A stretch of 64,000 nt of DNA, from assembly GCA_951406725.2 (NCBI GenBank), contig OX597818.1:94302001-94366000 (forward strand), read 5' to 3'. Within the stretch, counting starts at the first letter, position 1. Every line of letters begins with the position of its first letter. The stretch comes from Octopus vulgaris (lineage: Eukaryota). Shown piece by piece: positions 1 through 12,850 of this stretch. Position numbers and translations under genes: made by a program. The notes under the pieces are model-generated. The model was not told where the DNA came from. It made no database searches and worked only from the letters and a program-made list of their open reading frames with translations.

Positions 1-101
1 ATGCTTGCGTCTCTGTGTATGTGCAGTCTCTGTCAGTGTCCATATGTCAGTATGCTTGTGTGTGTTTGTGGTGTGTGTACATATATGTATATGGATATAT
101 A

Positions 102-333
102 TTTTTTTACTACCCACAAGGGGCTAAACATAGAGAGGACAAACAAGGAAAGACAAAGGGGATTAAGTTGATTACATCAACCCCAGTGCGTAACTGGTAC
201 TTAATTTATCAACCCCGAAAGGATGAAAGGTAAAGTCGACCTCGGCAGAATTTGAACTCAGAACGTAATGACAGACGAAATACGACTACGCATTTCGTCT
301 GGCGGGCTAACGTTTCTGCCCGCTCACTGCCTT
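102..333 (-). mobile_element. tRNA-derived SINE, family B (Meta/MESC-like core), near full length
   Basis: Minus strand reads AAGGCAGTGAGCGGGCAGAAACGTTAGC...GTTCTGAGTTCAAATTCTGCCGAGGTCGACTTTACCTTTCATCCTTTCGGGGTTGATAAATTAAGTACCAG...A-rich tail; B-box-like GAGTTCAAAT; homologous copies at 4.9-5.4, 45.7, 46.1, 61.8 and 63.2 kb. Confidence 0.85.
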
Positions 334-1213
334 CATATGTGTATATGGATATAGCCTGAGTGTCTGTATGTTTGTGTAAGTCTCTATCTTTATGTTTGTG
401 TCTCTATGTATGGATGTGGAATTTACAAGTGTATTCTTTTCTGTGTCTTTGTATGCATGTGTCTGTATTTATATGTATGTATATATCTATATCCATATTT
501 GTATATGTCCCTGTATGCATATGTATATCCTTGTGTATGTTAATTTCTTTTATGATGCTACTAGGAAAATATGTGTATTGTTGTTGCTATTGTTTAACCC
601 AAGGTTAACTCCAGTTAAGTAGACTTTTACCAAAGACATTCCAATAGTGGACATCTCATCATTTTCAGACTATGACAATAAGGTCAGGGACTTGAGTTCC
701 AGATCTGGTAGTGAATTATGCCCTTGAGTAAGTCACTTCATTTCACATTGCTCCAGTCTCTTCAGCTGAATGCAAGTACCAGCTGACTGCTGGTTACCTC
801 TATGTTGTTAGATCAAAAAAAGGAAGGGCTGAGAAGGTGTCTATGTCTGATCATGACTACATAGACACCTAATGCATTTAGCAAAAGCATGGTACAAGCA
901 TTAGTGCATACTCACTTGCAAGTGATGGTTAAGTTTTAATGTTTTGCATCAAATTATCCATCATACCCATTGCTTTCCCAAGACATGTAGAATGTGGTTT
1001 AAGGGATATTTGGTTACTATTTCAAGTAAGTCTAATGCCCAAATAAAGGTTAACTCAGTGGCTTATGGGAGAGATAATGATGTTGTAGATGTGTTCTGGG
1101 TTTTTGAATATAATTTTGGAGGAGTTCAAGAATCAGAGAGAGTTGAGGAATACATGATGGTAAGCAGTGCAAATGTGGAATTAATGGTAGCTTTGGGACA
1201 AGATAAAATAACA

Positions 1214-1445
1214 TTAATTCTTTTGATACCAACCCACCTGAGACCACTCCCACTGGCTCTATGATATAAATTTCCTGTTTAAAGTGATCTAAATTAAAAC
1301 CTTCCATCAAAATTTCATGTTAATTCAAGTTCCAAACGTCAGCTTCATAATGACGAAATTATTTTTCGAAATTCTTCATTATTTTCAAAATCAATCAAAA
1401 CAAAGGCAGCGAATTTCAAAAGAAATATGGTCACAAAAGGGTTAA
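1214..1445. mobile_element. piggyBac-like MITE (TTAA-flanked)
   Basis: Right end AAAAGGG-TTAA, degenerate left end TTAA-TTCTTTTGATACC; internal homology to the copy at 8810-9016. Confidence 0.6.
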
Positions 1446-1489
1446 GTAGCTGGATTAAAGTAGTTTGTGGGGCAGGAGGGGAAGAGACA

Positions 1490-2560
1490 AAACCACCATC
1501 ATCACCAGCATCATTATCATCATCAACACAACTGTTGCTAACATCAGCACCATCACAACCATCACAACCACCATTGTCAATGCTACTGTCATCATCCACT
1601 TTACCACCACTACCATCATCAACACCACCACTTTACACTCTGCGATCATTGCAGCTGCCAATAATACCCCCCCACCTTCAACATTGCCATCATCATCATC
1701 TACACCACTAGTTTCACTAGCACTCACTGTCATCACCAACACTATCACTGCCATCACCACCATCATGACAGTCATCAACAATGCTACCACCACCACCACC
1801 ACCACCACCACCACCACAACCACCATCAGCACTAAGACTACTACCATCACCACTACCACCACCACAACCACCATCAGCACTAAGACCACTATCATCACCA
1901 CCACAACTACAACCACAACCACCATCAGCATTAACACCACTACCACCACCACCACCACCACCACCACCACCACCACCACCATTACCACCACCAACACCAC
2001 CACCACAACCATTACCACCATCACCAATATCTCCCCCACCACCATCACTATCAACACCACCACCATCACCAACAACATCACCACCATCACCACCACTACC
2101 ACCAACACCAAACCACAACCATCAACACTACTACCACTGTCAACACCACAACAATCTCTCTATAACCTTCACCACCACCACCATCACCATTACCATCAAC
2201 ACCACAACCACTACCACCACCACCACTACCACCACCACCACCATCACCATTATCATCAACACCACCACCACTACCACCACCACCACTACCACCACCACCA
2301 CCACCACCACCACTACCACCACCACCACCACCACCACCACCACCACCAATACCAATCCTGCCACCATCTCCAACAATTTAGCCACATTATATACTAGCCC
2401 CCAACAGCCTAATGCTATAATACCATAACACCATAACCACTAACACCACCGCAATTACCAACAATATTAAAGCCACTAACGTCACTAACACCACCATCAC
2501 CAACACCAACACCAACACCACCACCACCACCACCACCACTACCACCACCACCACCACAAT
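1490..2560. repeat. Compound (ACC/CAC/CAT)n triplet microsatellite array, about 1.1 kb
   Basis: Continuous CAC/ACC/CAT triplets; source of the poly-T/P/H/V/G ORFs. Confidence 0.95.
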
Positions 2561-2883
2561 GTACCATTATATTTTGCTATGCATTGGCTTTTGTTCCCCT
2601 AACTTCTATTTTGGAATCTCTAATCCAAAATAAGTGAAATGAACAAAGACATCAACTTCGACATCCTCCTCCTCCTCCGTATCATCGTGGTCGTCATCAT
2701 CGTTAACACCCCCAGCTTATAATCTCCACGACGACCACCATCATCACCATGACAGTTACCCTCATTGTCGTCAACATAATTGTATAATGATGAAGATGAG
2801 GAGGACAAGGATAATGATGATGATCATCATCACCATCACCAACACCGCTACCATCACCAACACTGCTACCAACAACACCACTC

Positions 2884-2922
<39 letters not shown>

Positions 2923-3052
2923 TGTCATCATCAACACTACAACCATCACCACGATCTACAACAGCTTTTTAACATTTCCTGATGAGCTATACTGCTCCAG
3001 AGTTCTGTATACAATAAACTCATTATGTATGTGTGTGTGAATGTAGTTTACA

Positions 3053-3054
<2 letters not shown>

Positions 3055-3100
<46 letters not shown>

Positions 3101-3186
3101 TACACACATACGTGTGCACACACACACACACACGCACACACACGCATACACACATACGTGTGCACACACACACACACACACACACT
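3055..3186. repeat. (CA)n microsatellite
   Basis: Direct inspection. Confidence 0.95.
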
Positions 3187-3321
3187 CATATTGTTTGGTA
3201 ACATGTACCACATTTTCACTGATTGTTTTAGCATGCCTAATGCAATTGCAAAGAGATGTAGACACCTTATCAAATCTCCTGCCCTATGATCCAGTAGCTC
3301 ATCTAAGATGTGACAGCTGTG

Positions 3322-3323
<2 letters not shown>

Positions 3324-3387
<64 letters not shown>
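3324..3387. repeat. (GA)n microsatellite
   Basis: Direct inspection. Confidence 0.95.
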
Positions 3388-3392
<5 letters not shown>

Positions 3393-3883
3393 AGATGGAG
3401 AGTGGGGGAAGGAGAGAGAGAACTGCATCAGCTGGTATTTATTTTCAGCAGAGTAAATTAGAGCAATATGACATGAAGTGCCTTGCTCAAAGGCACAATG
3501 TGCTGCCCAGTCCAAGAATGGAACCTAAAATATGATGACCATAAGCCACACACCCTACCCTCTTAACTGGGCTCAAATCTCATTTGCAAACCCATGAAAA
3601 ACGAACCTCCACCAACAACTCTGCCTATATATCTGTGCACACTTTTCATATTGCGTATACCATAAGTTCTGCAAATCTAACAGAGGCCTCAAAATACATT
3701 TTCAGATTCACAAAGATCAGAACTTAACTGCAGCTCATGGTGGTCCAAATCAGAAACGTAATATATTGCCTGGTTTAAAAAGGCACATCAGACGTCATTA
3801 TGGATCTAAGGTGTAAGTACAGGAGGTTGTCAGACTCTGCATAAGGAGTAGATAATCACCACACACACACACACACATACATA

Positions 3884-4450
3884 CACTTGCGTCGGAAATT
3901 AATTAGCACTTCTCAAATTTCTACATTTTCTTACATTTTCTTAATTTAATTAACTTATTATCAGAAATGAACTCGTTTTTAATCAAAAATTTATTAAAAC
4001 ATATCCCAGCACACCACATAATTGTTATTAATCGTGAAATTTAGTCAATATCTTGTTGCTCCTCCTTTGGCAGCAATGACAGCTGCTACGCGGGTTGGCA
4101 TGCTGTCTATGAGTGCCTGCAGGTACTGTGCAGGGATGGCCCCTCATGCAGCAAGAAGTGCCCCAAACAGCTTGTGTCGGTTCCTGTATTGCTGCACATT
4201 CAAATCCCTACCCAATCGACTCCAGAGGTTCTCAATAGGGTTCAGGTCAGGTGACTGGCCAGCACGTACTCCTCGCCACCAAAGAGGTATCCCGTACTAT
4301 CTCAACATACTTTGCTGCGTTGATGTTGCCTTCGACGGCATAGAGCCGCCCAACACCACTGTAGCTGAACGCTCCTCACACCATCAGACCACACCCACCA
4401 TGCTTCATGGTGAGCAAATCAAGGGTGCTAATTAATTTCTAACGGTAGTG
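3884..4450 (-). mobile_element. Internally deleted Tc1-family transposon with both TIRs
   Basis: TIRs CACTTGCGTCGGAAATTAATTAGCAC / GTGCTAATTAATTTCTAACGGTAGTG flanked by TA; minus strand encodes KHGGCGLMV*GAFSYSGVG and QSPDLNPIENLW...DSMPTRVAAVIAAKGGATRY*, the Tc1 transposase C-terminus. Confidence 0.9.
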
Positions 4451-4687
4451 TATATATATATATATATATATATAAAATAAGAAAATGGAGGAATAGATTC
4501 CTTTCAATCATCAACTTACAGATAATACAAATTCATATAATTTATTAACTAATTAAATAGGAACATCCAAATCCAACAGAATAAAACAGAATAAAACAAT
4601 ATACATCAATAAGTAAGATTGGCAGTATATTGGATAAATGATATCCCATAGTGGGTTACACTCATAACCCCTATCTCACTTTGTACT

Positions 4688-4764
<77 letters not shown>

Positions 4765-4897
4765 ATATGTATGTATATATGCATATATTTATATATTATT
4801 TATATTATTATATGATCGAATGCCACGTATCCTTTTCCAAGTAAGTTTTATCTTAATAATTACGATGCACACTTTTCTATCTTTACTATCTCTTCTC

Positions 4898-5395
4898 TGA
4901 ACTCAGAACATAAAGACAGATGAAATACCGTTAAACATTTTGTCAGGCATACTAATGATTCTGCCAGCTCACCTCGTTAATGATAATGATGGTGATTTCA
5001 AATTTTGGTACCAGGCCAACAATTAAGGAGATGAGATAAGTCAATTACATCTACCCCAATGCTCAACTGGTGCTTATTTCATCAACTCCAAAAGTATGAA
5101 AGGCAAAGTCAACCTTAGTGAAATTTGAACTTAGAATGTAAAGACAGATGAAATACCACTAAGCATTTTGCCCAGCATGCTAATGATTCTGCTAGCTCAC
5201 CACCTTAAAGATAACAACAACAACAACAATAATAATAATGTAATCCTTTCTACTGTAGGCACAAAGCCTGAAATTTGGGAGAGGAGATAGTCGATTACAT
5301 TGACCTCCAGTAAACAACTAGCACTTATTTTATCAACCCTGAAAGGATGAAAGGAAAAGTCGACCTCGGTGGAATTCGAACTAAAAATGTAAAGA
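4898..5395 (-). mobile_element. Cluster of three partial family B SINEs
   Basis: Repeated GAACT(C/T)AGAA..TAAAGACAGATGAAATACC and GAAAGG..AAGTC(A/G)ACCT segments homologous to 102-333. Confidence 0.75.
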
Positions 5396-5444
5396 CACAC
5401 ATATGTATATAAATCAATAAATCAGTTAGTCCATCTATCTCCTG

Positions 5445-5486
<42 letters not shown>

Positions 5487-5559
5487 TTATCTTTATATAT
5501 ATATATATATATCCTCCTCCTCATCATCATCGTTTAACATCCGTTTTCCATGCTAGCAT

Positions 5560-5600
<41 letters not shown>

Positions 5601-5707
5601 AATAAGGGTAGAAATTGATATTAATCAATTTAAACCAGTGGCCTAGCATATTAAAAAAATCCAAAGATTAAAATATTTTTACATACAAAATTTATATACA
5701 TATATAT

Positions 5708-5761
<54 letters not shown>

Positions 5762-5762
5762 G

Positions 5763-5796
<34 letters not shown>

Positions 5797-6499
5797 TGAC
5801 ATACAGATTGATAAGTTGATAAATATGTATATATAAATGTATGCATGCATGTGTATTTATGTTTACATTTGCATCTTGCTTGTGTCAACAAAAGTAACGA
5901 TGTATGGATGGTGCTGTTATAGTCAGTTCTCCTGTCAATGAATCCCCTGTTTGCTTCATGCCTTCAAAGCCATATGAAATAAAAGTTCCCTTACTTGAAG
6001 AACAAGTCGATTTTTCCATGCTTGCGTGGCTTGGATAAATATGTTATCGAGGGATTGTTTCACAGCTGATTGCCCTTCTTGTTGCTAAATCTTACCTGTA
6101 TTTCAACTGAGGGATCTTGAAACATGGTTTCAAAGCTGTGGGGTGAGCAGATGAATTGATGACAAGATAACTGACAACAATAACAGCACTCATACGTTGC
6201 AACTTTCATAGAAACAAGCAAAATGTAAACAAACATGTGAACATGTGCATATACATGCATGAACACACACAAACACAAACATACACACACAAACACACAC
6301 ACATATGCACACAATGGTCTTCTTTTGGTTTCTGTTAGCCAAATCTACTCACAAGCTTTGGTTGCCCTGGGGCTACAGTAGAAGATACCTGTGCATATGT
6401 GCTATGAGGTAGGATTGAACCCTAACCATGTGGTTAAGAAGTGAACCTCTTAATCACACATTTCCATGCCTGTGTCTGTATATGTGTGTGTGTGTGTGA

Positions 6500-6640
6500 A
6501 GGCAAGTGGCCTAGTGGTTAGACTGTTGTACTCATGGTTGCTAGATCATGGGCTCAATTTCCAGACTGGGTGGCACATTGTGTTCCTGAGCAAAACACTT
6601 CATTTCACATTGCTCCAGTCCCCACTATCAATCAGTGGGG
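6500..6640 (+). mobile_element. Old tRNA-head SINE with CORE-like middle
   Basis: GGCAAGTGGCCTAGTGGTTAGA A-box followed by TGTGTTCCTGAGCAAAACACTTCATTTCACATTGCTCCAG; related pieces at about 700-790 (+) and 3420-3560 (-). Confidence 0.6.
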
Positions 6641-6814
6641 AAAATGTTGGCTTTCTCACCTAATAAGCGAGGAAGTATCATCACCACTAACATCATCATC
6701 GTCATCATTGTTGTCATTTAATATCCGTTTTCCATATTGGCAGGAGCTGGCAAGTTGGAGGGCTACACCAGGCTCCAGTGTATGTGTATGAGAGAGAGAG
6801 AGTGAGTGAGTGTC

Positions 6815-7035
6815 AATGAAACAAAATCAACCTTGAATGTTGTAGAGTCTGGTCTGCTCAAGAACTTCATTATACTCAATATGGTTTTGCCAACATATGC
6901 ACGAGATTGTTTGCAGCTTTCTCTGATGGAAATTGGCTAACTTTTTTCTGTCTTTTCTATTAAGCACCTAAAATTCACATAGTACAAGACAGTTGTAAGA
7001 ACAAATACTTTGTAAACCATCAACTTAGAGCGTTG
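6815..7035 (-). mobile_element. RTE LINE ORF2 C-terminal fragment
   Basis: Minus strand VYKVFVLTTVLY...EKKLANFHQRKLQTISCICWQNHIEYNEVLEQT matches the RTE post-RT motif (FHQRCLR.IL.I.W.D...N.EVL). Confidence 0.65.
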
Positions 7036-8437
7036 TGATTACTTTGTAAAAAAAGACACTTTTGCACAGACTTCCAGAAGTAGGCAGAAGGTTAAGAAAT
7101 TTGCTTTCCAACCAAGTATTTTTAGGTTCAATCTTGCTGCATGGTACCTTGAATATAGTCTTCTACTATTCCCCAAGACTGACTGGTAGTGGTGGTGGTG
7201 GTTGTGGTAGTAGTGGTAGTGTTGATAATGTTGAACACAGTGATGTTGATGATGATGGTGGTGGTAGTGATGATGATGACGATCATGACAAAAGTAGAAA
7301 CAAGTACCTATGTTGCTTTTGTGCATAAATAATTTAAAATAATTCTATCAAGGATTATGAAATATCTGTTTCTCTCCAGCTTTAGAAGATGTACTGACAT
7401 TTAATCTGTGGTTCTTTAATGTCTGAGGTTATATTTTAGATGAAACAAAAATACTAAATCATTCATTGTGATGTTTCTCTATGAACAATATTCTCTGTTA
7501 ATCCTCTATTAGTTGTTAATATGTGTAGGCTATTTAGACTGGCAGTTAATGAACTGTCCACATACAACTGACCATGAGAGAAATAGTTTATTTCAGTTTT
7601 AAAACAGACTGTTTGAATCTTTTTGTGAACATATTCCTAACAAAATACCCAGCCTATATTTCAATCAATTTTCAAAAAAAGTAATCAAAAACATTTGGAG
7701 GGATTTTATAAAATAACTAACGTCTTTGTTAAATTGGTGTTTGAAATAACAGTTTCTTATACAAATGATCTTACTTCACATGTTCTGAGTTCAAATTCTG
7801 CTGGGATCAACATTGCCTTTCCATCCTCTCAGAGTCAAAGAAATAAAGTACCAGTTAATCACAGATTTATGTAAATGACTAGTTTTATCCTACCAAATTT
7901 CAGGCAATGTTTTCAGAGTAGAAAAAATTTAAATATAAATGCTTTTGAAACAAAGGTTTTGTTATGTAGAACCAGAGATATCAGATAATTTTATATCAAA
8001 ATGTTTAAGTGACTGGTTTTGTATAGATAAAGACAAAACCTGTTAATTTTGAAAATAATAAAAAATTTGGAAGAATTTAATGAGATAAATTTGTCATTGC
8101 AAAATAATGTCTGAAGAAAAAATTTCTTACATAAAATGGTTTTAATTTAGATATAAATGTTTTAAAACAGAGGTTTTTGTACAATGAAACTAGAGATTTC
8201 ATCTGCTCTGTTATCCAAAAGTGTAGGTGACTAACTTTGAACATGCCACGACAAGGACTGAAGGAAAATAATAACCTCTTGACTTATAAGGATCCTTATT
8301 GTTGATGCTCTGACTGGTTTTCTATTCTGACATTGTTTGTTTTCTTGGACCCTTGCTACAACTGATTACATCCAGTCAGGCAGTATTTTGCTTTTAGGAA
8401 GACATTTTTCTTCAGTCTTTGTATTGAATGGTTTGGT

Positions 8438-8752
8438 GGAGGCACATGGCCTAGTGGTTAGAGCAGTGGACTCGCGGTCGAGGGATCACGGGTTTGAATC
8501 TCAGACCGGGCGATGCGTATGTTTATGAGCGAAACACCTAAGCTCCACGCGGCTCCGGCAGAAGATAATGGTGAACTTCTGCTGACTCTTTCGCCACAAC
8601 TTTCTCTCACTCTTTCCTCCTGCATCTTACAGTTTACCTGTGATGGACCAGTGTCCTGTCCAGGTGGGGAACCTATATGCTGAGGAAACCGGGAAACTGG
8701 GAAACCGGCCCTTATGAGCCAGGCATGGCTCGAGAAAGAACAAACAACAAAA
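8438..8752 (+). mobile_element. tRNA-derived SINE (octopus OR-like, family C1), full length with TSD
   Basis: Head GGAGGCACATGGCCTAGTGGTTAGAGCAGTGGACTCGCGGTC, B-box GGTTTGAATCTC, (CAA)n tail; candidate TSD TGAATGGTTtgGT (8425-8437) / TGAATGGTTcaGT (8755-8767). Confidence 0.9.
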
Positions 8753-8809
8753 ACTGAATGGTTCAGTTGAAAGAAAAGAAATAATTGTAGACATTTCAAA
8801 TATAGTAGT

Positions 8810-9016
8810 GTAACCCTTTTCATACCAAAGTGGTCTGAGACCATCCTTGTTTCTACGTTGCAAATTGCTTGTTTTAAAATGAGCTAGATTAAATATTTCT
8901 ATCAGAATTTCATGGTATATTCCAAACACCAGCTTAATAATAACAGTTTTTTTTTTTTTAAATATATTGAAATAAAGGCAGTGTATGTCAATAGAAATAT
9001 AGTAATGAAAGGGTAA
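8810..9016. mobile_element. piggyBac-like MITE, second copy
   Basis: Ends TAACCCTTTTCATAC / GTAATGAAAGGGTAA are inverted repeats; homologous to 1214-1445. Confidence 0.6.
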
Positions 9017-9889
9017 TGAATGGCAATTTGCAGTGCCTGAGAAGACCTTCTCTTTTACTTGTTTCAGTCAGTAGATCGCAGCCATGTTAGGGCACTACCT
9101 TGAATAATTTTAGTTGACTAAACTGACCCCAGCATTTATTCTTTTCAAGCCTGGTACTTATTCTGTTGGTCTCTTTTGCTGAGCCCCTAAGTTATATTCA
9201 ACTTATACCAGTATAGAAGGAAGATGTTAAATGGCAATAATGATGATGATGACAATATATTATAATCAAACAACATATTACAAGCTATGGCATATAATTG
9301 TTCAGGATGTTACCATTGGTTTCACATCGAATATTGCTCTGAAACTGATGGTAGCATCCTTACCAGTTATATGGCATAACTGATAAAAGATTGTTTGATG
9401 ATATAAAATAATATATCTGCTCTTTTATTTATGTTGAGTATACTTTTATTTCTGACTTAAGAACAACTATTGAATTTACCAGCATACAAGTTGAATTTTT
9501 CACTAAAAAGGCAGGTCAACTCATACACCAAAATGACTTTGGAGAACCAAAAATTCCATGTAAAACACAGCAGGATTTGGAATGATAGTGATATTTCAAT
9601 GTTTACACTACATGCTTACATCAATTTGTTTGCCAGAAAATATGGTAACTGATTGGGTATCTTGAGTTGTAGACGTAATCTACTGTCTTGTTTATCATGA
9701 TTTTGGATGTTTATCAGTGGAGTTTATTCCATTGCAAGCATTCAAGTTTTGTCTCTGGCTTAAGGGTATTTTACTCTCATCCTCTCACTGCTCTTGGAGC
9801 CCCCTGGAAAAGTAAATGGTTTTGAGTGCTGCCCCTTTTTTTTGAGTGCTGTCCCTCCTTCAATGACTAAGTGGTGAATATATCAAAGA

Positions 9890-10250
9890 TTTAATAATGC
9901 TTGTGTACAAAAATAAGAAAGTACATGTTTATAAAATATGAACACTGATTCTGAAAGGTGTGAGAAGGTTTATGGCAAGTGAAGCAAATATACTCTGACA
10001 GATGTGTAATGTTAGTGTGCATGAGTGACAGTGCACAAAATGAACTGATGAATCAGATATAGCATGCAAGAAAGAAAGCAAGACTGCACTGATACAATAC
10101 ATGCATGTGATGAATATGGAAAGAGGTGGAAAGAAGTGGTGTAAAGTAATCTTTTATGAAGAAATTATTGCCGCATATGGTGAGAAGCTGTGATAGTGAA
10201 AACCCATTCAGCCTATGCAAGCATAGAAAAATGGATGTAAAATGATGATG
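9890..10250 (+). mobile_element. Highly decayed 3' end of RTE family 1 LINE
   Basis: GATGTGTAATGTTAGTGTGCATG and terminal GCATAGAAAAATGGATGTAAAATGATGATG resemble the 35.0-35.9 kb copy. Confidence 0.5.
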
Positions 10251-10292
10251 GTATTCATATACATACATGTGTATGTGGTGTGTATATTATGT

Positions 10293-10327
<35 letters not shown>

Positions 10328-11385
10328 ATGTGTGTGTGTGTGCGTGTGTGTGTACATACACCCACTCATGCAAGAATGGCTGTGTGGTTAAGATGTTTTG
10401 CTACCATCCACATCGTTTCAGGTTCAGTCTCACTTCATGGCACCTTGGGCAAGTGTCTTATGTTATATCCTAGGAGTCAACCAATTCACTCACATAACTG
10501 TATACCATCCCACTTACGCACTCAAATTATACTAACAACTTCACACCTGATAACTATTTCACTCATATAACCTTATATATATACCCTTTTATATATACTC
10601 TCAGTTATATATTAACAACTTCACACCCTTAGCATTAGTTTACACACAATTTTACTGCATCCTATTTTATATAGACTCTGTGATGCACATCGGTTTGCAT
10701 ACATTAGTTAATGCGAAACATTTTATACACACTCTCAGACATCGTTTCAAAATTAAAAAAAAAAAGCAGCCAAGTTACATCAATGAATGTTGCAAAATTC
10801 CTTGAAATATAACAGGTGTGCCTTTTGTCTTGCATTCCTGTCACCTGTGTATTATTATAGTGCAAAGATTAACTTCACTATTTTAAACTCAGAAGAAATT
10901 TTTCTCCATAATCTTTACACACAGTATTTCTTACAAGACAATGGAGGATTTTAAGGTAAAAATAAATAGATAAAAATAAAGCAGAAAGAGAAAATTAATA
11001 ATATTCCAATTGAAGAAAATGTTTGCAAGATAAAAGATAAATTTTAATACTGCTTTTCATTCAATCTGGGATTTGTGTGAAAATCCTTCCATTTACAAAT
11101 AATTCACTATTGTCAGATTTGCTTGTTACTTGTAAATCTTATTGCAGTGCTTAGGCTGTGGTATTTGTTGTCAAGTGATGAGGTTGGTAGTGAGGTAGGT
11201 GTTGTTGTTGTTGATATTGTTGTTATTAATGATGTTGTTGTTGCTGATGAAGGTAATTTTCTTAAATGATGCTGTTGATGTTGGTTTGCCGCCAAGACAA
11301 CGCTGATTGAGTAGTTCTGTGTATGAAGGTGTGCCAGACATGACCAGCCTATCTTTTTTCATATCTGAGTCTACATTCTCTAAGT

Positions 11386-11770
11386 GGAGGCGCAATGGCC
11401 CAGTGGTTAGGGCAGCAGACTCGCGGTCATAGGATCGCGGTTGCGATTCCCAGACCGGGCGTTGTGAGTGTTTATTGAGCGAAAACACCTAAAGCTCCAC
11501 GAGGCTCTGGCAGGGGATGGTGGTGATCCCTGCTGTACTCTTTCACCACAACTTTCTCTCACTCTTACTTCCTGTTTCTGTTGTACTTGTATTTCAAAGG
11601 GCCGGCCTTGTCACTCTCTGTGTCACGCTGAATATCCCCGAGAACTACGTTAAGGGTACATGTGTCTGTGGAGTGTTCAGCCACTTACACATTAATTTCA
11701 CGAGCAGGCTGTTCCGTTGATTCGGATCAACCGGAACCCTCGTCGTCGTAACCGAAGGAGTGCTTCCACC
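11386..11770 (+). mobile_element. tRNA-derived SINE (octopus OR-like, family C2), full length with TSD
   Basis: Head GGAGGCGCAATGGCCCAGTGGTTAGGGCAGCAGACTCGCGGTC; TSD ACATTCTCTA at 11373-11382 and 11771-11780; CpG-rich, so probably young. Confidence 0.9.
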
Positions 11771-11913
11771 ACATTCTCTAGTATATCCTTCCATATTTTA
11801 AGATGGCAAGATGGGAGATGAAGGAGATTTGATTGCTATTTCTAATAGAGTGGATGCATAGAGGCTTCCCAATTCATTAACTTACGTTATTTGTGTTACT
11901 GATGTTACTGTTG

Positions 11914-12108
11914 CTGTTGCTGTTGAGCGAAGCGGTCTTTGTCCTAGAGCTCGCAAGATCGCACCTCTGTAGTGAGAGAAGTTCAAAATGTGGTCCTTTG
12001 CTATTCGTAAGACCCGCAGAAGAGAAAGCAGGCCAACCCCCAACACCAAGAGCATTGATGGATGGATGAATGTGCATCCAGGCTCAGCGGTTGCGTAGGA
12101 AGTCGGGG
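11914..12108 (-). mobile_element. 5'-truncated retroposed fragment (probable SINE 3' part)
   Basis: CpG-rich insert with a (CAA/CAG)n tail on the minus strand; candidate TSD TGATGTTaCTGTTG (11900-11913) / TGATGTTgCTGTTG (12109-12122). Confidence 0.6.
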
Positions 12109-12249
12109 TGATGTTGCTGTTGGTGGTGGTTGTGATGATGGTGATGGTGATTATGATTATATTGGTGGTAGTAGTGATGGTGTTGATCATGAACTTATCT
12201 TGGTCTGCAAGATAAGCTCATTATCAACACCATCATTATGGTTGGGAGA

Positions 12250-12850
12250 TAACCGTTTGCTCAAAGTGTGCTGTGCTTCCACCATGGCCTCAAGATGTTG
12301 GCCACCAGTTTGATCTTGGTGTTGCAGGCAGAGCAATTGGTGTCTTTCTCAAATGTGCCCCACACATTGGAATTACAATCAGGGGAATTAAGAGGCTAGA
12401 AATTGGGGCTGGTGAAGTTGTAGAAATTCTCCAACAACCACTTCTGGCTCTTTCTGGAGGTATAGCAAAGAGCCAAATCCTGCTGGCACTCATATGGCTT
12501 TTCAGCAGCTACAATCTCCAGAAGCTTCATGTGGCCATTCTGAACTGAACCTAAGTCCCTGTTCAAAGATATGGTGCAGCCTGATGTTACCCTCACAGGA
12601 GATGCACCTAAGGCCATCACAATTTGGCCTTGTAGTCTCTGTAGTAGCTGGCTGTCCATGTCATGTCTTACAGTCTTTACAGTGTTCATAGAGTATTGGG
12701 TAGCAGTCATGATGTTGGCATTTTGACACCCAGTGCGAATCATCATGATACAGGTAACACTTTTCCAATATTCAGATGGCTTCCAGTCCTCCATGTAAGC
12801 TAACTTTTTCTCAACTACAACTTTAATCATTATGCTCTCCAATGCCATTG
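12250..12850 (-). mobile_element. Decayed, internally deleted maT/DD37D-type Tc1/mariner transposase
   Basis: Minus strand PYECQQDLALCYTSRKSQKWLLENFYNFTSPNF*PLNSPDC..VWGTFEKDTN and VMALG..SCEG..HIFEQGLR; similar to the 57.6-58.7 kb element. Confidence 0.8.

Noticed and set aside
1455-2428. Long ORFs (310 aa poly-Thr/His, 218 aa poly-Val, 215 aa poly-Pro) as mucin or extensin genes
   Set aside because: Overlapping frames on both strands arise from a stop-free triplet microsatellite; no signal peptide, domain or splice context
2979-3002. CTGATGAGC...GCTC hammerhead candidate
   Set aside because: No GAAA after the stem
6833-6967. Minus-strand exon candidate with AG/GT boundaries
   Set aside because: Its translation matches an RTE LINE C-terminal motif
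7920-8260. Apparent ~210-bp tandem repeat as a novel satellite
   Set aside because: Resembles decayed reverse copies of the MITE at 1214-1445; too degenerate to define
8438-8512. tRNA genes at SINE heads (also 11386, 18867 and others)
   Set aside because: A/B boxes continue into SINE bodies with tails and TSDs; no clean cloverleaf or terminator
10678-10722. Degenerate hammerhead-like CTG-TGA...TGCGAAAC
   Set aside because: Core has a deletion and stems I and III are unsupported
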